A stretch of 64,000 nt of DNA from an uncultured Verrucomicrobiae bacterium (GCA_963702845.1 OY969763.1:800001-864000); one strand, 5' to 3'; positions 44,111 through 55,262 are shown, numbered from the stretch's first letter. Notes: a model not told the origin generated them from the sequence alone. Translations and numbers: made by a program.

Positions 44111-44830
44111 ATGAAGATATTTCACGCGTCATTAATTAGCGCGACGGTGTTCGTAATGGTTGTCGGCTGCAAATCGTCCTGCAAGGACGTCTCGTCCGAA
44201 CCAAGCGGCGCTGCCGTCGGTTCGTCCGTCATCACTGTCAGTTCTCCGGTCACTGTCAGCTCACCCATTACAGTCAGTTCGCCGGTCAGCAGCACAGCCA
44301 ACCAAAAGGGCGAGTTCCTTTTCGTGCAAAACGCCAAAGACGTGAGCTTCGACAAAGGAACAATGACGTTGCACGAGGTTAATCCGGTCACTGTCTGTTT
44401 CACTGATCGGCCCGAGCGTATCGCCGGACATATGCCGACGGCGAATATGATTCCGATGTGGTCGGAAGGAAAAGACAGCTTCTTGCACGATCCGCCGAAC
44501 GCCACTCTCTCGCTGGTCGGGGAAACCAATGCAAACAAAGTTTCTGATGTCGTGATGGTGCTTAGCAATCCTCGTATGTCAGGCAGCGACTTGACCTACG
44601 ACATCCGCGTGTTGGAAGGAACTCCTCCGGCACACGGCAGCGATTGTTCGCTGTTTATCGACATTATCGGAATGCCACTGACGCCGTATTCCTATGCCGG
44701 CGCAGCTCGCCGTGCTTACCGAAGCGGTTACATGCATCCAGGTTACATGTATCCAGGCGCTTACGGCCCCGCGTTTGTTCCAGTCGCGCCAGTTGCAGTC
44801 GGGCCCTTGGGCCGGCCGTATTTGCGCTGA
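44111..44830 (+). CDS. Hypothetical lipoprotein
   Basis: Lipobox VVGC; TVSSP x3; FLFVQNA...FTDRPERIAGH...DPPNATL domain. Confidence 0.75.
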   Translation: MKIFHASLISATVFVMVVGCKSSCKDVSSEPSGAAVGSSVITVSSPVTVSSPITVSSPVSSTANQKGEFLFVQNAKDVSFDKGTMTLHEVNPVTVCFTDRPERIAGHMPTANMIPMWSEGKDSFLHDPPNATLSLVGETNANKVSDVVMVLSNPRMSGSDLTYDIRVLEGTPPAHGSDCSLFIDIIGMPLTPYSYAGAARRAYRSGYMHPGYMYPGAYGPAFVPVAPVAVGPLGRPYLR

Positions 44831-44990
44831 GCAAACAACAGGATTAAAAATTTCCTCACCGTGCGGACGAGGGCTGGGATGAGCGTTCGCTCCAACTGCA
44901 TCGTTACGAATTAGAGCGATTGCCAAAATTGATTTCCGGAATGGCTGCTGACGTCTGTCATCGGGGGCTGGAGGTTTGAAGGGGGGCCGT

Positions 44991-45977
44991 AGCCCCAAAG
45001 GGGCGACTCAATAACAGCCCAGGGCAACGCCCTGGGAAACGGGATGGCGCACCAAATTATAAGCCCTGAAAGGGCGTCCTAATCCCAAACGTATCGTTCA
45101 TCAAACGCAACGTTGTGCCGCTCCAGAAATGACCGGTATTCTTCCTGAAAAGATTTCTTCCGATGATGTTCCTGTTGATTGGCGATGTATTCTCGCACCA
45201 CCGGAACGTTCGACTCGGAAACGGCGAACGCACCATATCCGGCCTGCCATGCGAATGCGGCAAATTCATTTCCCTCGGTCTTGATCCATCTGGACGAAGT
45301 CTTTTTTACTTCCTCGACTGCATTGGCGACGGAGACGGTCCGGCCGAGTTCAAAAAGGATATGGGTTTGATCGGCCACCGAGTTAATGAGCACGGGTGGA
45401 CAATCGAAATTTTGCAGGACGGTCGCCATGTAGCGATGGAGTGAATCGTGGACATGGTCATGGATGAAGGGTTCGCGGTTCTTCGTGCTAAAAATCAGGT
45501 GGATGTGCAGGCTCGCGAGCGATTGAGGCATTGGTTGATGTCACGGTGCATAAAATCGTTTTACGCGCCAAGCAAAGAATAGGACGCCCTTTCAGGGCTT
45601 AAATTCGTTTGCGGCGTTTTAAACCCAGGGCGTTGCCCTGGGCTGGGGTTGAGCCGCGCCGTTGGCGCTGTAGACTTTTCCAGGGTGCTGGAGGTTTGAA
45701 GAGGGGCCTTGAAGGGGGGGGGCGGGGAAGCCCCAAAGGGGCGACTCAATACAGCCGAGGGCAACGCCCTGGGAAACGGGATCGCACCAAATTATAAGCC
45801 CTGAAAGGGCGTCCTAATCCCGAAGCCGGAGATTTGAAAGGGCGCCGGGGAGCCCCGAATGGGCGATTCAATACCGCCCGGGGCAACGCCCCGGGGAAAA
45901 CCGTCACGCGAATAGTTGAGCCCTGAAAGGGCGTCCTAATCCCGAACGTATCGTTCATCAAACGCAACGTTGTGCCG
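44991..45977. mobile_element. REP/RAYT-like unit: Y1 transposase flanked by multi-hairpin repeats in both orientations
   Basis: Hairpins GCCCCAAAGGGGC, CCCAGGGCAACGCCCTGGG, GCCCTGAAAGGGC at about 44991, 45585 (inverted), 45729 and 45851. Confidence 0.8.
45079..45531 (-). CDS. tnpA: IS200/IS605-type (RAYT-like) HUH tyrosine transposase, first His of HuH replaced by Gln
   Basis: HLIFSTKNR, ADQTHIL, KKTSSRW, FAWQAGYGAFAVS, YIANQQEHH. Confidence 0.9.
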   Translation of the reverse strand: MPQSLASLHIHLIFSTKNREPFIHDHVHDSLHRYMATVLQNFDCPPVLINSVADQTHILFELGRTVSVANAVEEVKKTSSRWIKTEGNEFAAFAWQAGYGAFAVSESNVPVVREYIANQQEHHRKKSFQEEYRSFLERHNVAFDERYVWD

Positions 45978-46017
45978 TCGTCGTCCCTTTTAACCTTTTA
46001 ACCGTGGCCGGAGAAAT

Positions 46018-46070
46018 TCATTTCTTCGGAAACAGGAACGTGATGTCAAAGCGCGAGCCCCAGTCCGGAC
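46018..46070 (-). pseudogene. 3' stub of a paralog of the 47893-48798 gene
   Basis: PDWGSRFDITFLFPKK* versus PDWGLRFDVTFLFPKK*, with the same downstream sequence. Confidence 0.8.
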
Positions 46071-46397
46071 TTCGCCCCACGCTGGTTGCCGGGTCCAAGC
46101 GATGACGGGTCCGCAGTGAAGCTTGGAACGTTGCCGGAACCGCCCACAGAATCAATAAATCTCCCCGTCGCGCCGCGGCGCAAGGAATCAGCGAGGCTGA
46201 ACAATCGGTTAGTGGTAATAGTAACAAACCTGCCGTCAGCACAACCATCGCGATTTTTCGCACCGTAGTCCTGCTACAAAATACGGCAAACCGCGATGCC
46301 CATGCCATCCATGTCCAGCTTGCCGAATTACCCATAAGCGCAGAAAACTTCCGCAGTCGTTTAATTGACTCGCAAAGCATGTCGGATAAGGAATTAG

Positions 46398-47141
46398 ATG
46401 AAGTCGAACTACAGTTTAAAATTTGCCGAAAAAAACGCACGCCAGCGGCCGAACCGCGAGTCGCGGCGCGCCGCACCGCACAAGCGTCGAAAGATAATCA
46501 ACGCATGCGTCTCGTTGGTCTTAGGCCTTTTTGCCGGCAATCGTGTGTTTGCGGATGAAGCAGTCATTAGTTCGCAACCAAGATTTGATATTGATTCCTG
46601 TCGATCTGTTTGGACTTGCGATGTCGGGGACGGCTTTCGAAAACACGCAACCGAAGTTGGAATTAGCGGTGGCTACGGAATTGGTTTGCTCGCGCTCGCA
46701 TCAGAACAGCGCCACGATCTGGTCCTGGCCGATGTGCATATTGGGACAATGCTGAGTGGGCTTGTGGCCAAAGACCATTTCTGGCGAGGCAATTGGGAAT
46801 TGCTCGGGCAACTATTCGGAGGTGAGCAGATCAAACCGCGCAATGCCTACGTGGTTGGTGCGGCACCGTTGCTCCGTTACAATTTTGCGACCGGCACGCG
46901 TTTGGTTCCGTTCATCACCGGCGGAGCCGGGGTGTCGTTGACCGATATCCGGCATCCGGACTTAGGCTCGGACTTCGAATTCAATTTGCAAGGCGGAGTC
47001 GGAGCGCATTGGTTTTTCAAACGCAACGTATCAGCGATGTTGGAAGGACGCTGGTTGCACTTGTCCAACGCCGGAATCGATGAACCCAACAATGGTGTGA
47101 ACACGATAATGATCTACCTGGGCGCGAATTGGTTCTTTTAG
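46398..47141 (+). CDS. Acyloxyacyl hydrolase / lipid A 3-O-deacylase (PagL family)
   Basis: PLLRYNF, FEFNLQGGVG, HLSNAGIDEPNNGVN, terminal Phe; start uncertain. Confidence 0.8.
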   Translation: MKSNYSLKFAEKNARQRPNRESRRAAPHKRRKIINACVSLVLGLFAGNRVFADEAVISSQPRFDIDSCRSVWTCDVGDGFRKHATEVGISGGYGIGLLALASEQRHDLVLADVHIGTMLSGLVAKDHFWRGNWELLGQLFGGEQIKPRNAYVVGAAPLLRYNFATGTRLVPFITGGAGVSLTDIRHPDLGSDFEFNLQGGVGAHWFFKRNVSAMLEGRWLHLSNAGIDEPNNGVNTIMIYLGANWFF

Positions 47142-47259
47142 AATTCTGCAGACAAGGTTTCAAGGGGCGGAAAATGTTGTAAGGCTTGTATGGTCCGCTG
47201 AAGGGGTAAACGAGATGAACTCGGGTTTTCCAAAACGGTCGATGCAGAAACGATGCAAA

Positions 47260-47485
47260 TTTCTTCGACGGCTGCATTGGCGACGGAGACAGTCCGGCCG
47301 AGTTCAAAAAGGATATGGGTTTGATCGGCCACCGAGTTAATGAGCACGGGTGGACAATCGAAATTTTACAGGACGGTCGCGATGTAGCGATGGAGTGAAT
47401 CGCGGACACGGTCATGGATGAAGGGTTCGCGGTTCTTCGTGCTAAAAATCAGATGGATGTGCAGGCGCGCGAGCGATTCAGGCAT
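47260..47485 (-). pseudogene. tnpA: Second tnpA copy, nonsense codon and 3' truncation
   Basis: MPESLARLHIHLIFSTKNREPF...ATVL* (CAA to TAA); similarity ends near AVEE. Confidence 0.88.
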
Positions 47486-47536
47486 TGGTTGATTGTCACG
47501 GTGCATAAAATCGTTTTACGCGCCAAGCAAAGAATA

Positions 47537-47835
47537 GGACGCCCTTTCAGGGCTTAAATTCGTTTGCGGCGTTTTAAACCCAGGGCGTTGCCCTGGGCTG
47601 GGTTGAGCCGCGCCGTTGGCGCTGGAAGGATTTCGTTCCGCAGTGTGAGTGTTGGGGCGGCCGTTGGCGCTTTAGGCTTTTCTATGGGGCTGGAGGTTTG
47701 AAGGGGGGGCCGTAGCCCCAAAGGGGCGATTCAATGCAGCCCAGGGCAACGCCCTGGGAAACGGCATCGCACCAAATTATAAGCCCTGAAAGGGCATCCT
47801 AATCCCAAACGTATCGTTCATCAAACGCAACGTCG
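47537..47835. repeat. REP-like hairpin cluster plus tnpA 3' stub
   Basis: Near-identical to 45585-45665 and 44960-45110. Confidence 0.85.
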
Positions 47836-47892
47836 TCCCTTTTCACCTTTAACCTTTTAACCTTTTAACCTTTTAACCGTCGCCGGAGAAAT

Positions 47893-48798
47893 TTATTTTT
47901 TCGGGAACAGGAACGTGACGTCAAAGCGCAAACCCCAATCCGGACCGCCACTGGGTTTGTCGGCGTAATAGCGATAGCCGAACTGGAAGGCCACGGGAAG
48001 TTTGCAGATCTTTACCAACTGCTGAACAGAAAAGTTCAGCGGCACGGTCCACTCGCTGTTTTCCCAGTTGTAAGTCGATTCGGTGTTCACCCCATAGGTG
48101 GTTTTTTTCTTTGTCGTGTAGGTAAGGAAGGGTTGAAGGAAAGTGGAGTTGACGGCCGTATCACCCCAGCCCGCGTAGGACCAGATATGATTGGCTAGAA
48201 TCCCGTAAGTCCAACCGTGTTGCTGCCGCAGTACCACGATGGTCGGGCCCGCACCCCATTTGCCGGCGCCCAGCACGCTGTCGGTTGCGGTGGGATAATA
48301 CAACACCGGCCCGGCTCCAATGACCCAACCGCAGACCGGTTTTTTCGGGGAGAGAAAGAAGCTCTGCGTGGTGTCACCCAAACCGGAGTGACTTTCCCGG
48401 GCGACGGCAGGAGCCAACGGATTGTTGTCCACCGCATCCAGATGGATCACCGGGACGATGGTGCGAATGATGACGTTATAATTCGAGCTGATGGAAACCG
48501 GAATGACCGGTTGGAACTTGAGTGTGTATTCCATCGCGTGGGCCGGGCCGATGCCGAAGTCCCAGTTGTTCTGGAAGGGCACGCTGATGAGATCGGCGAC
48601 GGGGTTTTGAAGTTTCTTGGCCAACTCGGCATCCTTATCCTCCTCACCGCCACCGCCGGCAGGAGCTGCTTCGGCGGCCGCAAGGTTGAGCCTAAGCGGA
48701 TGATAGAAGCCTGATTCAGTTTGCGCGTAGGCACCGGTGGCGCCGAGCGCGCAAACTAGGGCGGCGACGACGACGCTAAATTTCAGTGTGGTTTTCAT
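47893..48798 (-). CDS. Putative outer-membrane beta-barrel ('transporter'/neuromedin-U-like annotation family)
   Basis: Signal peptide; LAKKLQNPVADLISVPFQNN, FQPVIP, GLGD, GKWGAGP, NHIWS, C-terminal FLFP. Confidence 0.75.
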   Translation of the reverse strand: MKTTLKFSVVVAALVCALGATGAYAQTESGFYHPLRLNLAAAEAAPAGGGGEEDKDAELAKKLQNPVADLISVPFQNNWDFGIGPAHAMEYTLKFQPVIPVSISSNYNVIIRTIVPVIHLDAVDNNPLAPAVARESHSGLGDTTQSFFLSPKKPVCGWVIGAGPVLYYPTATDSVLGAGKWGAGPTIVVLRQQHGWTYGILANHIWSYAGWGDTAVNSTFLQPFLTYTTKKKTTYGVNTESTYNWENSEWTVPLNFSVQQLVKICKLPVAFQFGYRYYADKPSGGPDWGLRFDVTFLFPKK

Positions 48799-49305
48799 TA
48801 TTGCAGTTTAGCTGCTTATGGTTTTCAGAATCTGACCAGTTTGATGTTCGACAACTCCCAGTCCGTGAATCTAAAGCGGTAGCCAGTTGCGGGGGCCGTG
48901 GTCGTCGCTATGATCGCTTTTGGCAAGCCTAACAGTTCGTTACCGTTTCGTTCCATCGGGCGAAACGGGTTTTCCGGATCAGAGAAATCCTTACAGCTTT
49001 TTCAGTTTGCTCGATATTAGACTATCGAATGTCCCGTCTCCCGGTCTCGCCAATCAGTAAGTTAGGAATGACGCCTGCTCCTTGGGAAAGATTCGCTCAA
49101 CGTAGTCCTCGTCCTGGTCCTCGTCGGTCCACGCTGGTCGCAGAGTCCAAGCGGTGACGGACCCGCCGTGAAGCCGGGATTCATCTCCACTAAAATCTTG
49201 AGCTCAGCGGAAACTATCGGATGTTCCTTTAGAAGCTCCTGAACGCCCTTTCGCTGTGGCGTGGCGGGCGATACTCCAAGCCCGCAAATGTTTGGACAGG
49301 CATAA

Positions 49306-50655
49306 ATGAAAGCGCATGGTTTCTTTTCGCCGCCGGTTTTCGATGATGAAGAACAAACGCGCAGTGCCTGGCTGCTCCACGTGGCGCTGATCACCATAAT
49401 GCTCGTCGTTATCGTCGAGTTGATTATTTCCATCTTTGTTCTTCCTGAAAACTGGGGACGCTGGCTGATGTTTATCACGATCATTGGCAGCACGAATCTG
49501 ACCTTGCTGTGGTTCAATCAGCGGGGACACGTACGAGGAGCGAGCGTTGCCTCGCTGGGAGTGTTTTGGGTTGTGGTGACGAGCGCCGCCCTGACTGAGG
49601 GAGGGGTGCGATCTCCCGCATCCTTAGGTTATCTGATCATCATTCTCCTCGCGGGTTTGTTATTTAATGAAAAGATCGGTGCCGGCGTGGGAGTGGCTTG
49701 CGCGCTCACGAGTTTGTCTCTGGCTATTTCAGAAAAAACGAACCATTTGCCCCAAAGCGCGGTGAACCACGGGCCGATGAGTTATTGGTTGGCACAAATG
49801 ATTTTCATGGGAGTGGCCGTTGGCGTCCAATTCATGGCCACGCACAGCATCAAATGCGCCCTTGAAAAAGCCCGACGGGAATTGGCCGGACGAAAGCAGG
49901 CGGAAGAGGCTTTGCGCCGGTCGAACGAGGAACTGGAACAGCGCGTCCAGGAACGGACCGAAGAACTGCAACTTGCCAACGAAGAATTAAAAAGTTTTTC
50001 CTATTCTGTGTCACACGATTTGCGCGGGCCGTTGGCCGCCATTTCAGGATTCTCCGATATATTGCTGGAGGATCACCGTCACGAACTCTCTGCCGATGCG
50101 CAGGATATGCTGGACAGAATCCGCAGCAGCTCCCGCCGGATGGACCAGTTGACTTCGGATCTTTTGAAGCTGGCGCGCCTGGGAAATCAGCCACTGGCTG
50201 TCGCGACCGTCGACGTCCATACAATGGTGGAGGAAGCAATCCGAGAACTACGCATTGAACACAAAGAACGAAGTGTAGATTTTCGGGTTGATGCACTACC
50301 TGAGTGCATGGGCGATGCGTCGTTGCTCAAGCAAGTGCTCGTCAACTTGCTTTCCAACGCCTTGAAATTTACCGGTCGCTGTGAAAAGGCGAGAATTGAA
50401 GTGGGCAGTTTCCGGAAAGATTTGGAAACGGTTTATTTTGTTCGCGACAACGGAGCCGGCTTCGACGTGAAGCAGGCCAGCCGCCTCTTTCGAGTTTTCC
50501 AGCGATTGCACAGTCAGAACGATTACCGAGGATCGGGCATCGGTCTGACGATCGTGAAACGCATCATCGATCGACACAAGGGACGAATCTGGGCTGAAGG
50601 GGTTGTAGGACAGGGCGCCACTTTTTATTTTACGTTACCGCAGCCTCAACGATAG
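49306..50655 (+). CDS. Membrane sensor histidine kinase
   Basis: Multiple TM helices; FSYSVSHDLRGPL, NLLSNALKF, DNGAGF, GSGIGL. Confidence 0.92.
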   Translation: MKAHGFFSPPVFDDEEQTRSAWLLHVALITIMLVVIVELIISIFVLPENWGRWLMFITIIGSTNLTLLWFNQRGHVRGASVASLGVFWVVVTSAALTEGGVRSPASLGYLIIILLAGLLFNEKIGAGVGVACALTSLSLAISEKTNHLPQSAVNHGPMSYWLAQMIFMGVAVGVQFMATHSIKCALEKARRELAGRKQAEEALRRSNEELEQRVQERTEELQLANEELKSFSYSVSHDLRGPLAAISGFSDILLEDHRHELSADAQDMLDRIRSSSRRMDQLTSDLLKLARLGNQPLAVATVDVHTMVEEAIRELRIEHKERSVDFRVDALPECMGDASLLKQVLVNLLSNALKFTGRCEKARIEVGSFRKDLETVYFVRDNGAGFDVKQASRLFRVFQRLHSQNDYRGSGIGLTIVKRIIDRHKGRIWAEGVVGQGATFYFTLPQPQR

Positions 50656-50661
50656 CAGCGG

Positions 50662-50693
50662 CGACGCGGTCAACCATGGGATTGGCCGCGTCG
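50662..50693. terminator. Hairpin between convergent kinase and sulfatase genes
   Basis: CGACGCGGTCAA...TTGGCCGCGTCG; no clear U tract. Confidence 0.45.
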
Positions 50694-50714
50694 GCTTCGG
50701 CTTCGATTGATTGA

Positions 50715-53210
50715 TCATTGCCCCGCGTTGATGGCGGTCTGCGTTCCCTCTTTGAGGAGCTTGTCCTCCGCAGCAGTCCTCCGCGGCTCTTCCAACTTGA
50801 TCGTCAGCTTGTCTAGGCTGCCGGTGAACGGGAACGGCACATGGTAGTCGTTGTCATTCACCCCATAGCGAGTGTCTACCCCAATGTCGAAAGACTCGTC
50901 CATTGAGACCAGAAACGGAATGGTGTGTTGCAATTGTTTCGTGTCGACTTCCTTGCCGTCGACCGACAGAACCCCGGTGCCACCCTTGCCAAAACCTTTG
51001 CCATCGTATCTGAAGTCAAACGCAACTGTGTGCCTTCCGGGCCCGAGCGCCTCCGGGGATTCCCATCGGGTTTTTTCCCCCGTGAGTTGTACGTAGGTGA
51101 AGACAGGCTTGCCCTTTACCAGATAGAGTCCATAGCCGCCGAATGCGCCTCCGATCGTATTGAGCATCCCCTCAGCACCGTCGCGCGGTATCTCCACCTC
51201 AGCCGTGATGGAGTAAGACTTGTTGAGAGTATTGGGTGCGCTGCCTTCGGGCGTGCCAGACACTTCTCCGGAGTAAGTAAACACCGTCTTGCCTGCTGTC
51301 GGGCTTGGTCGCGGTGCGAGAGCGCGCTGAAGCACATTGTTGTCGAGCGGAAATACATTGTTCTTCGATGCCTCGACCAGGAAGAGTTCCTGCATCTCAC
51401 GGAGTTTGTCAGGCATCCTGGAAGCGAGGTCGTTGGCCTCAGAATAGTCCTCGGTGATGTTGTAAAGCTCCCATTTGTAGCCGTCCACCACGTTCGGCAT
51501 TTTGCCCATACCCATCAACCACGGGCCCGCAGGCGGCGTCGTCGCGGCGAGCCAGCCATCATGATAGATCGCCCGATTGCCCATCATTTCGAAAAACTGC
51601 GTCTTGCGCTTCGACGGGGCGCTCGCGTTGGCGTTGTCGAACGTGTAAACCATGCTCACGCCTTCGATAGGTTTCTGCGCGATGCCATCGACCATATTCG
51701 GTGCCGGAACGCCGGCCGCTTCGAGTATGGTCGGTACGATATCGATGAAATGGTGGAACTGCGTGCGGATGCCGCCCAGGTCCGTGATATGACCGGGCCA
51801 TGAAATGGCCATGCCTTGTCGAGTGCCGCCGAAGTGCGACGCGATCTGCTTCGTCCACTTGAACGGCGTGTCAAATGCCCAGGCCCACGCTACCGCCATA
51901 TGCGGTTGCGTTTTGTCCGAACCCCAGGCGTCGTAATACTTCATCTGGTCGGCGACCGGCATAGTAATGGCTTCAAGAGCAGCCATGTCAAAAGGCGTTC
52001 CGACCAGCGAACCTTCCGCGCTCGTCCCATTGTCGCCGCAGATATAGATGACCAATGTGTTGTCGAGTTTGCCCTCAGCTTGGATTTCCTGGATCACTCT
52101 GCCGATTTCATGGTCGGTATACGCGGCGTAAGCGGCAAAGACATCAGCTTGGCGAATGAAGAGTTTTTTCTCCTCGTCGGAAAGCGTGTCCCATTTCGCG
52201 AGTTTGGCTCCTCCGTATTCGGGCTGTCCATCCGGCCAGGGCGTGAGCTTGGCATTCGCCGGGATCACGCCGAGCCGCTTCTGATTGGCAAAAATCTGCT
52301 CGCGCAAATCGTTCCAGCCCTTGTCGAACAGATGCATGTCGCTGATCTTCTTGATCCACTCCGGCGTCGGCTGATGCGGCGCGTGCGAGCCGCCGGGGGC
52401 GTAATAGACAAAAAACGGTTGATCGGGCGAGGCGGCGTTCAGTCCCCTGATGTGCTTTATCGCCTCGTCAGCCATACCGGTGGTGAGGTTGTACTTGGGG
52501 TTCTCGACCCACGGAAAAATCTGGGTGTGATCCCGGAAAAGCCACGGCCTCCACTGGTCGGTCTCGCCGCCCATAAAGCCGTAAAAATATTGGAAGCCCA
52601 TTCCGCTCGGCCATTGATCGAAGGGTCCCGCCAAACTGTATTGGTAGCCCGGCGTATTGTGATTCTTGCCGAACCACGAAGTCGAATATCCATTCTCGGC
52701 GAGGATTTTGCCGATGGCTTCGTTGTCCCGCCCAATGATGGCATCATATCCCGGATAGCCGGTGGATTGCTCGGCGATCACACCAAATCCGACCGAGTGA
52801 TGGTTGCGTCCGGTAAGTAGTGCCGCTCGTGAGGGCGAGCAGAGCGAGGTGGAATGGAACTGCGTATATCGAAGCCCGGCCTTTGCAATCCGGTCCAGCG
52901 TTGGCGTCGGGATGACACCGCCGAAGGTGCTGGAAATACCGTAGCCCTGATCGTCCGTCATGATGAGGAGCACGTTGGGAGCGCCCTTGGGCGGCACGAC
53001 GCGTGGCGGCCAATACGGCTTGGAATCTTTGGCATCAAGGCCGATCTGCCCGCCGAATTTCGGTGCCGGGTTCGGCACGACCTTCCCGTCAACGGTCGTG
53101 GTGGCGTTTGCCGCACCCGGCCTGCCGGTGATTTGCTGACCCTGTGCGAATGCCATAGTCGCCATCAAGGCAGCTACGAAGATACCACTGAAGATGTGGT
53201 TGTTTTTCAT
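50715..53210 (-). CDS. Arylsulfatase (Cys-type) with C-terminal LamG-like domain
   Basis: PNVLLIMTDD, CSPSRAALLTGR, GKNH, GDNG. Confidence 0.93.
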   Translation of the reverse strand: MKNNHIFSGIFVAALMATMAFAQGQQITGRPGAANATTTVDGKVVPNPAPKFGGQIGLDAKDSKPYWPPRVVPPKGAPNVLLIMTDDQGYGISSTFGGVIPTPTLDRIAKAGLRYTQFHSTSLCSPSRAALLTGRNHHSVGFGVIAEQSTGYPGYDAIIGRDNEAIGKILAENGYSTSWFGKNHNTPGYQYSLAGPFDQWPSGMGFQYFYGFMGGETDQWRPWLFRDHTQIFPWVENPKYNLTTGMADEAIKHIRGLNAASPDQPFFVYYAPGGSHAPHQPTPEWIKKISDMHLFDKGWNDLREQIFANQKRLGVIPANAKLTPWPDGQPEYGGAKLAKWDTLSDEEKKLFIRQADVFAAYAAYTDHEIGRVIQEIQAEGKLDNTLVIYICGDNGTSAEGSLVGTPFDMAALEAITMPVADQMKYYDAWGSDKTQPHMAVAWAWAFDTPFKWTKQIASHFGGTRQGMAISWPGHITDLGGIRTQFHHFIDIVPTILEAAGVPAPNMVDGIAQKPIEGVSMVYTFDNANASAPSKRKTQFFEMMGNRAIYHDGWLAATTPPAGPWLMGMGKMPNVVDGYKWELYNITEDYSEANDLASRMPDKLREMQELFLVEASKNNVFPLDNNVLQRALAPRPSPTAGKTVFTYSGEVSGTPEGSAPNTLNKSYSITAEVEIPRDGAEGMLNTIGGAFGGYGLYLVKGKPVFTYVQLTGEKTRWESPEALGPGRHTVAFDFRYDGKGFGKGGTGVLSVDGKEVDTKQLQHTIPFLVSMDESFDIGVDTRYGVNDNDYHVPFPFTGSLDKLTIKLEEPRRTAAEDKLLKEGTQTAINAGQ

Positions 53211-53317
53211 AGTTTTGATTCCCCAAGTAAGTGAAAGCCACCGCGAAGTGAGTTTGCGGCGGGGAAGATTTTTTTAGATAGTTCATTCAACGAGTTCGTG
53301 AAAGAAGTGTTGTTGTT

Positions 53318-54906
53318 TCACGGCCTCTCCTTCTTTTGCTCCTCGTGCGATTTGCGCTCGGCGCCCGCAGCGGACGGAAGGACTTGGCCACCCGCCTTCG
53401 CGACGACCGGTGGCTGCCAGGAGCCGTCGAGGACGGCCTGGTCAGGCCAATAGTCGCGGATCCAAACCGAAAATTCTCCAGTCGGCGCGGGCAGCCAGTT
53501 GGATTCCTTCTCCTGGCCGGGCGATTGGTTCCCGACATAGAGGGTCAGGCTCCCATCGTTGTTGTACTTCAGCGATTTGTTTTTGGTGCCGAGCGCGTAG
53601 CGATTCAGGTCGTTCGCGTAGAAGAGGTGTTCGGGGTTGTAGACCGTCAATGACCAGAAGCCCTTCGTCGGTGGCAGTTGGTCTTTGGGAAAGGTGATGG
53701 AGTACGACGACTCGCCGACAAGCGGCTGCCCCTGCGTGTCGTTGGCGGTATAGTAATAGACCGTCTCGTTGCGCTTGTTGGCGTAGGGGTAAGCCTTCAC
53801 TGCACCCATACGGTGGATGTAGTCTGTGCCAAACGCGGCGTTGTTGGTCGCCGCTGTCCAACCGTTTCCCGCGGGCTGGCCGTTGTAGCGCCACTGCATC
53901 ATTGGCGCGACCATTTCCTTGTCCGTCGCCAAAGCAGTTTCCCGCAGCGTATTCATGACTTCCGGGTTTTTCGCGGCGGCATCGAGCAGGTTGCCGATCC
54001 CCTCGTAAAGCGACTCTTCTCCGGGCATCGGAGGCACTTGCTTCATGACGGTCGCGAGTTGATCGAAGAACGTCGCCGGGTCAACCCAAGGCGGTTGCTT
54101 GGTCGAATACTCGGGCCGGGCCTTTTCTTCTGGCATCGGGGGTTGAGGGAGCGTGCTCCAGTCTATGGTCTTCATTTTCCCGTCGAATTTGCTGAGCGGG
54201 TAGACCTGAATTTGGGTCAGCGCGGGCTGGATGGCCGCGCGATCCTTGGCCGTTGCATCCATGAAGATGCGCGGCATCGTCACCGCGAAGTCGGTGGTCG
54301 AGCGCAAGACGCCGGCAATGCCGTCCGGGGTTGCGCCTTTCCAGTGCGGCCCCACCACCATGTAGAAACCGGGCTTGGTCCCGTATTGCAACCCAAGCTC
54401 GCTGATTCGCTCGTGCGCGCGTCGTAAACCGGGAACGTCCAGAACCGATCACCAAAGTCGGGCACTTGAAGGACCACCGGTTCTTCTGCGAGAGACAGCC
54501 AGCCCAACCCGTAGACGACATCCTGGTTTGGGATCGGGATGAATTTCTCCCTGGGATCGACGTAATTGGTCAGCATCACGACCTGATTCATCGGGCCAAC
54601 CGGCATGACGCCGGCGACGAGAGCCGTTTTGGGAGCCTTTGTGAGCGCCGTCCGTTGGTTATCGACATAGACGAGAGGCCAACCCCAAACGTAGGCCATG
54701 CGGCCCATCATCTGCACAGACGCCTTGGTCATCGGACCGGCTGCGGGACCCGGAACTTCCGCGGCGGTCTGCGGAATGGGGACTTGCACACCGGATGACC
54801 GGGTGTCGGCGGTGATTGGATTCGGATTTTGCTGCGCCTGCGCAGTCGTGAATGCCAGCGCGCCAACTAGCGCGATGGCAGGGAAGATTTTTTTAATAGC
54901 ATTCAT
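53318..54906 (-). pseudogene. DUF1254/DUF1214 protein with a 1-nt deletion near 54407
   Basis: AYVWGWPLV, PNQDVVY, VPDFGDRFW..VYDART then a frame change to LQYGTKPGFY...GFWSLTVY...NWLPAP. Confidence 0.85.
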
Positions 54907-55262
54907 AGCACATTGCTCCCGTTTGACTCAGTCACCGCACTTTTTCGAGAGACCCTGTAGTAAAGATCAAGGACCGGCGGGGTTGAACCTCGTTCTCATA
55001 GTGACACGCTAGGCCTTCTCAGTGTTTTTCGAATATTGAGAGAATTGTTTTTTGGGCTGAGAGAAAGTCGCACGGCTTCAAGATTGAAGCCGTAGACAAT
55101 TTACCCATCGGAGGCGCGTTCAAATTTCAGCGGCCACTCAGCCAAACCCCTTTCCGTCATCACGTGAAAATCTCCGTAGGAAAAAGTTTTCCTGAGTGGA
55201 AGGTACTTCGAGCGGTTCGTATCAATACCGCAAAATAATTCACAACTTTACCCCTTACGCTT

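Noticed and set aside
48927..48937. GCCTAACAGTT identical to 8059-8069
   Set aside because: Only 11 nt with no flanking dyad; may be chance.
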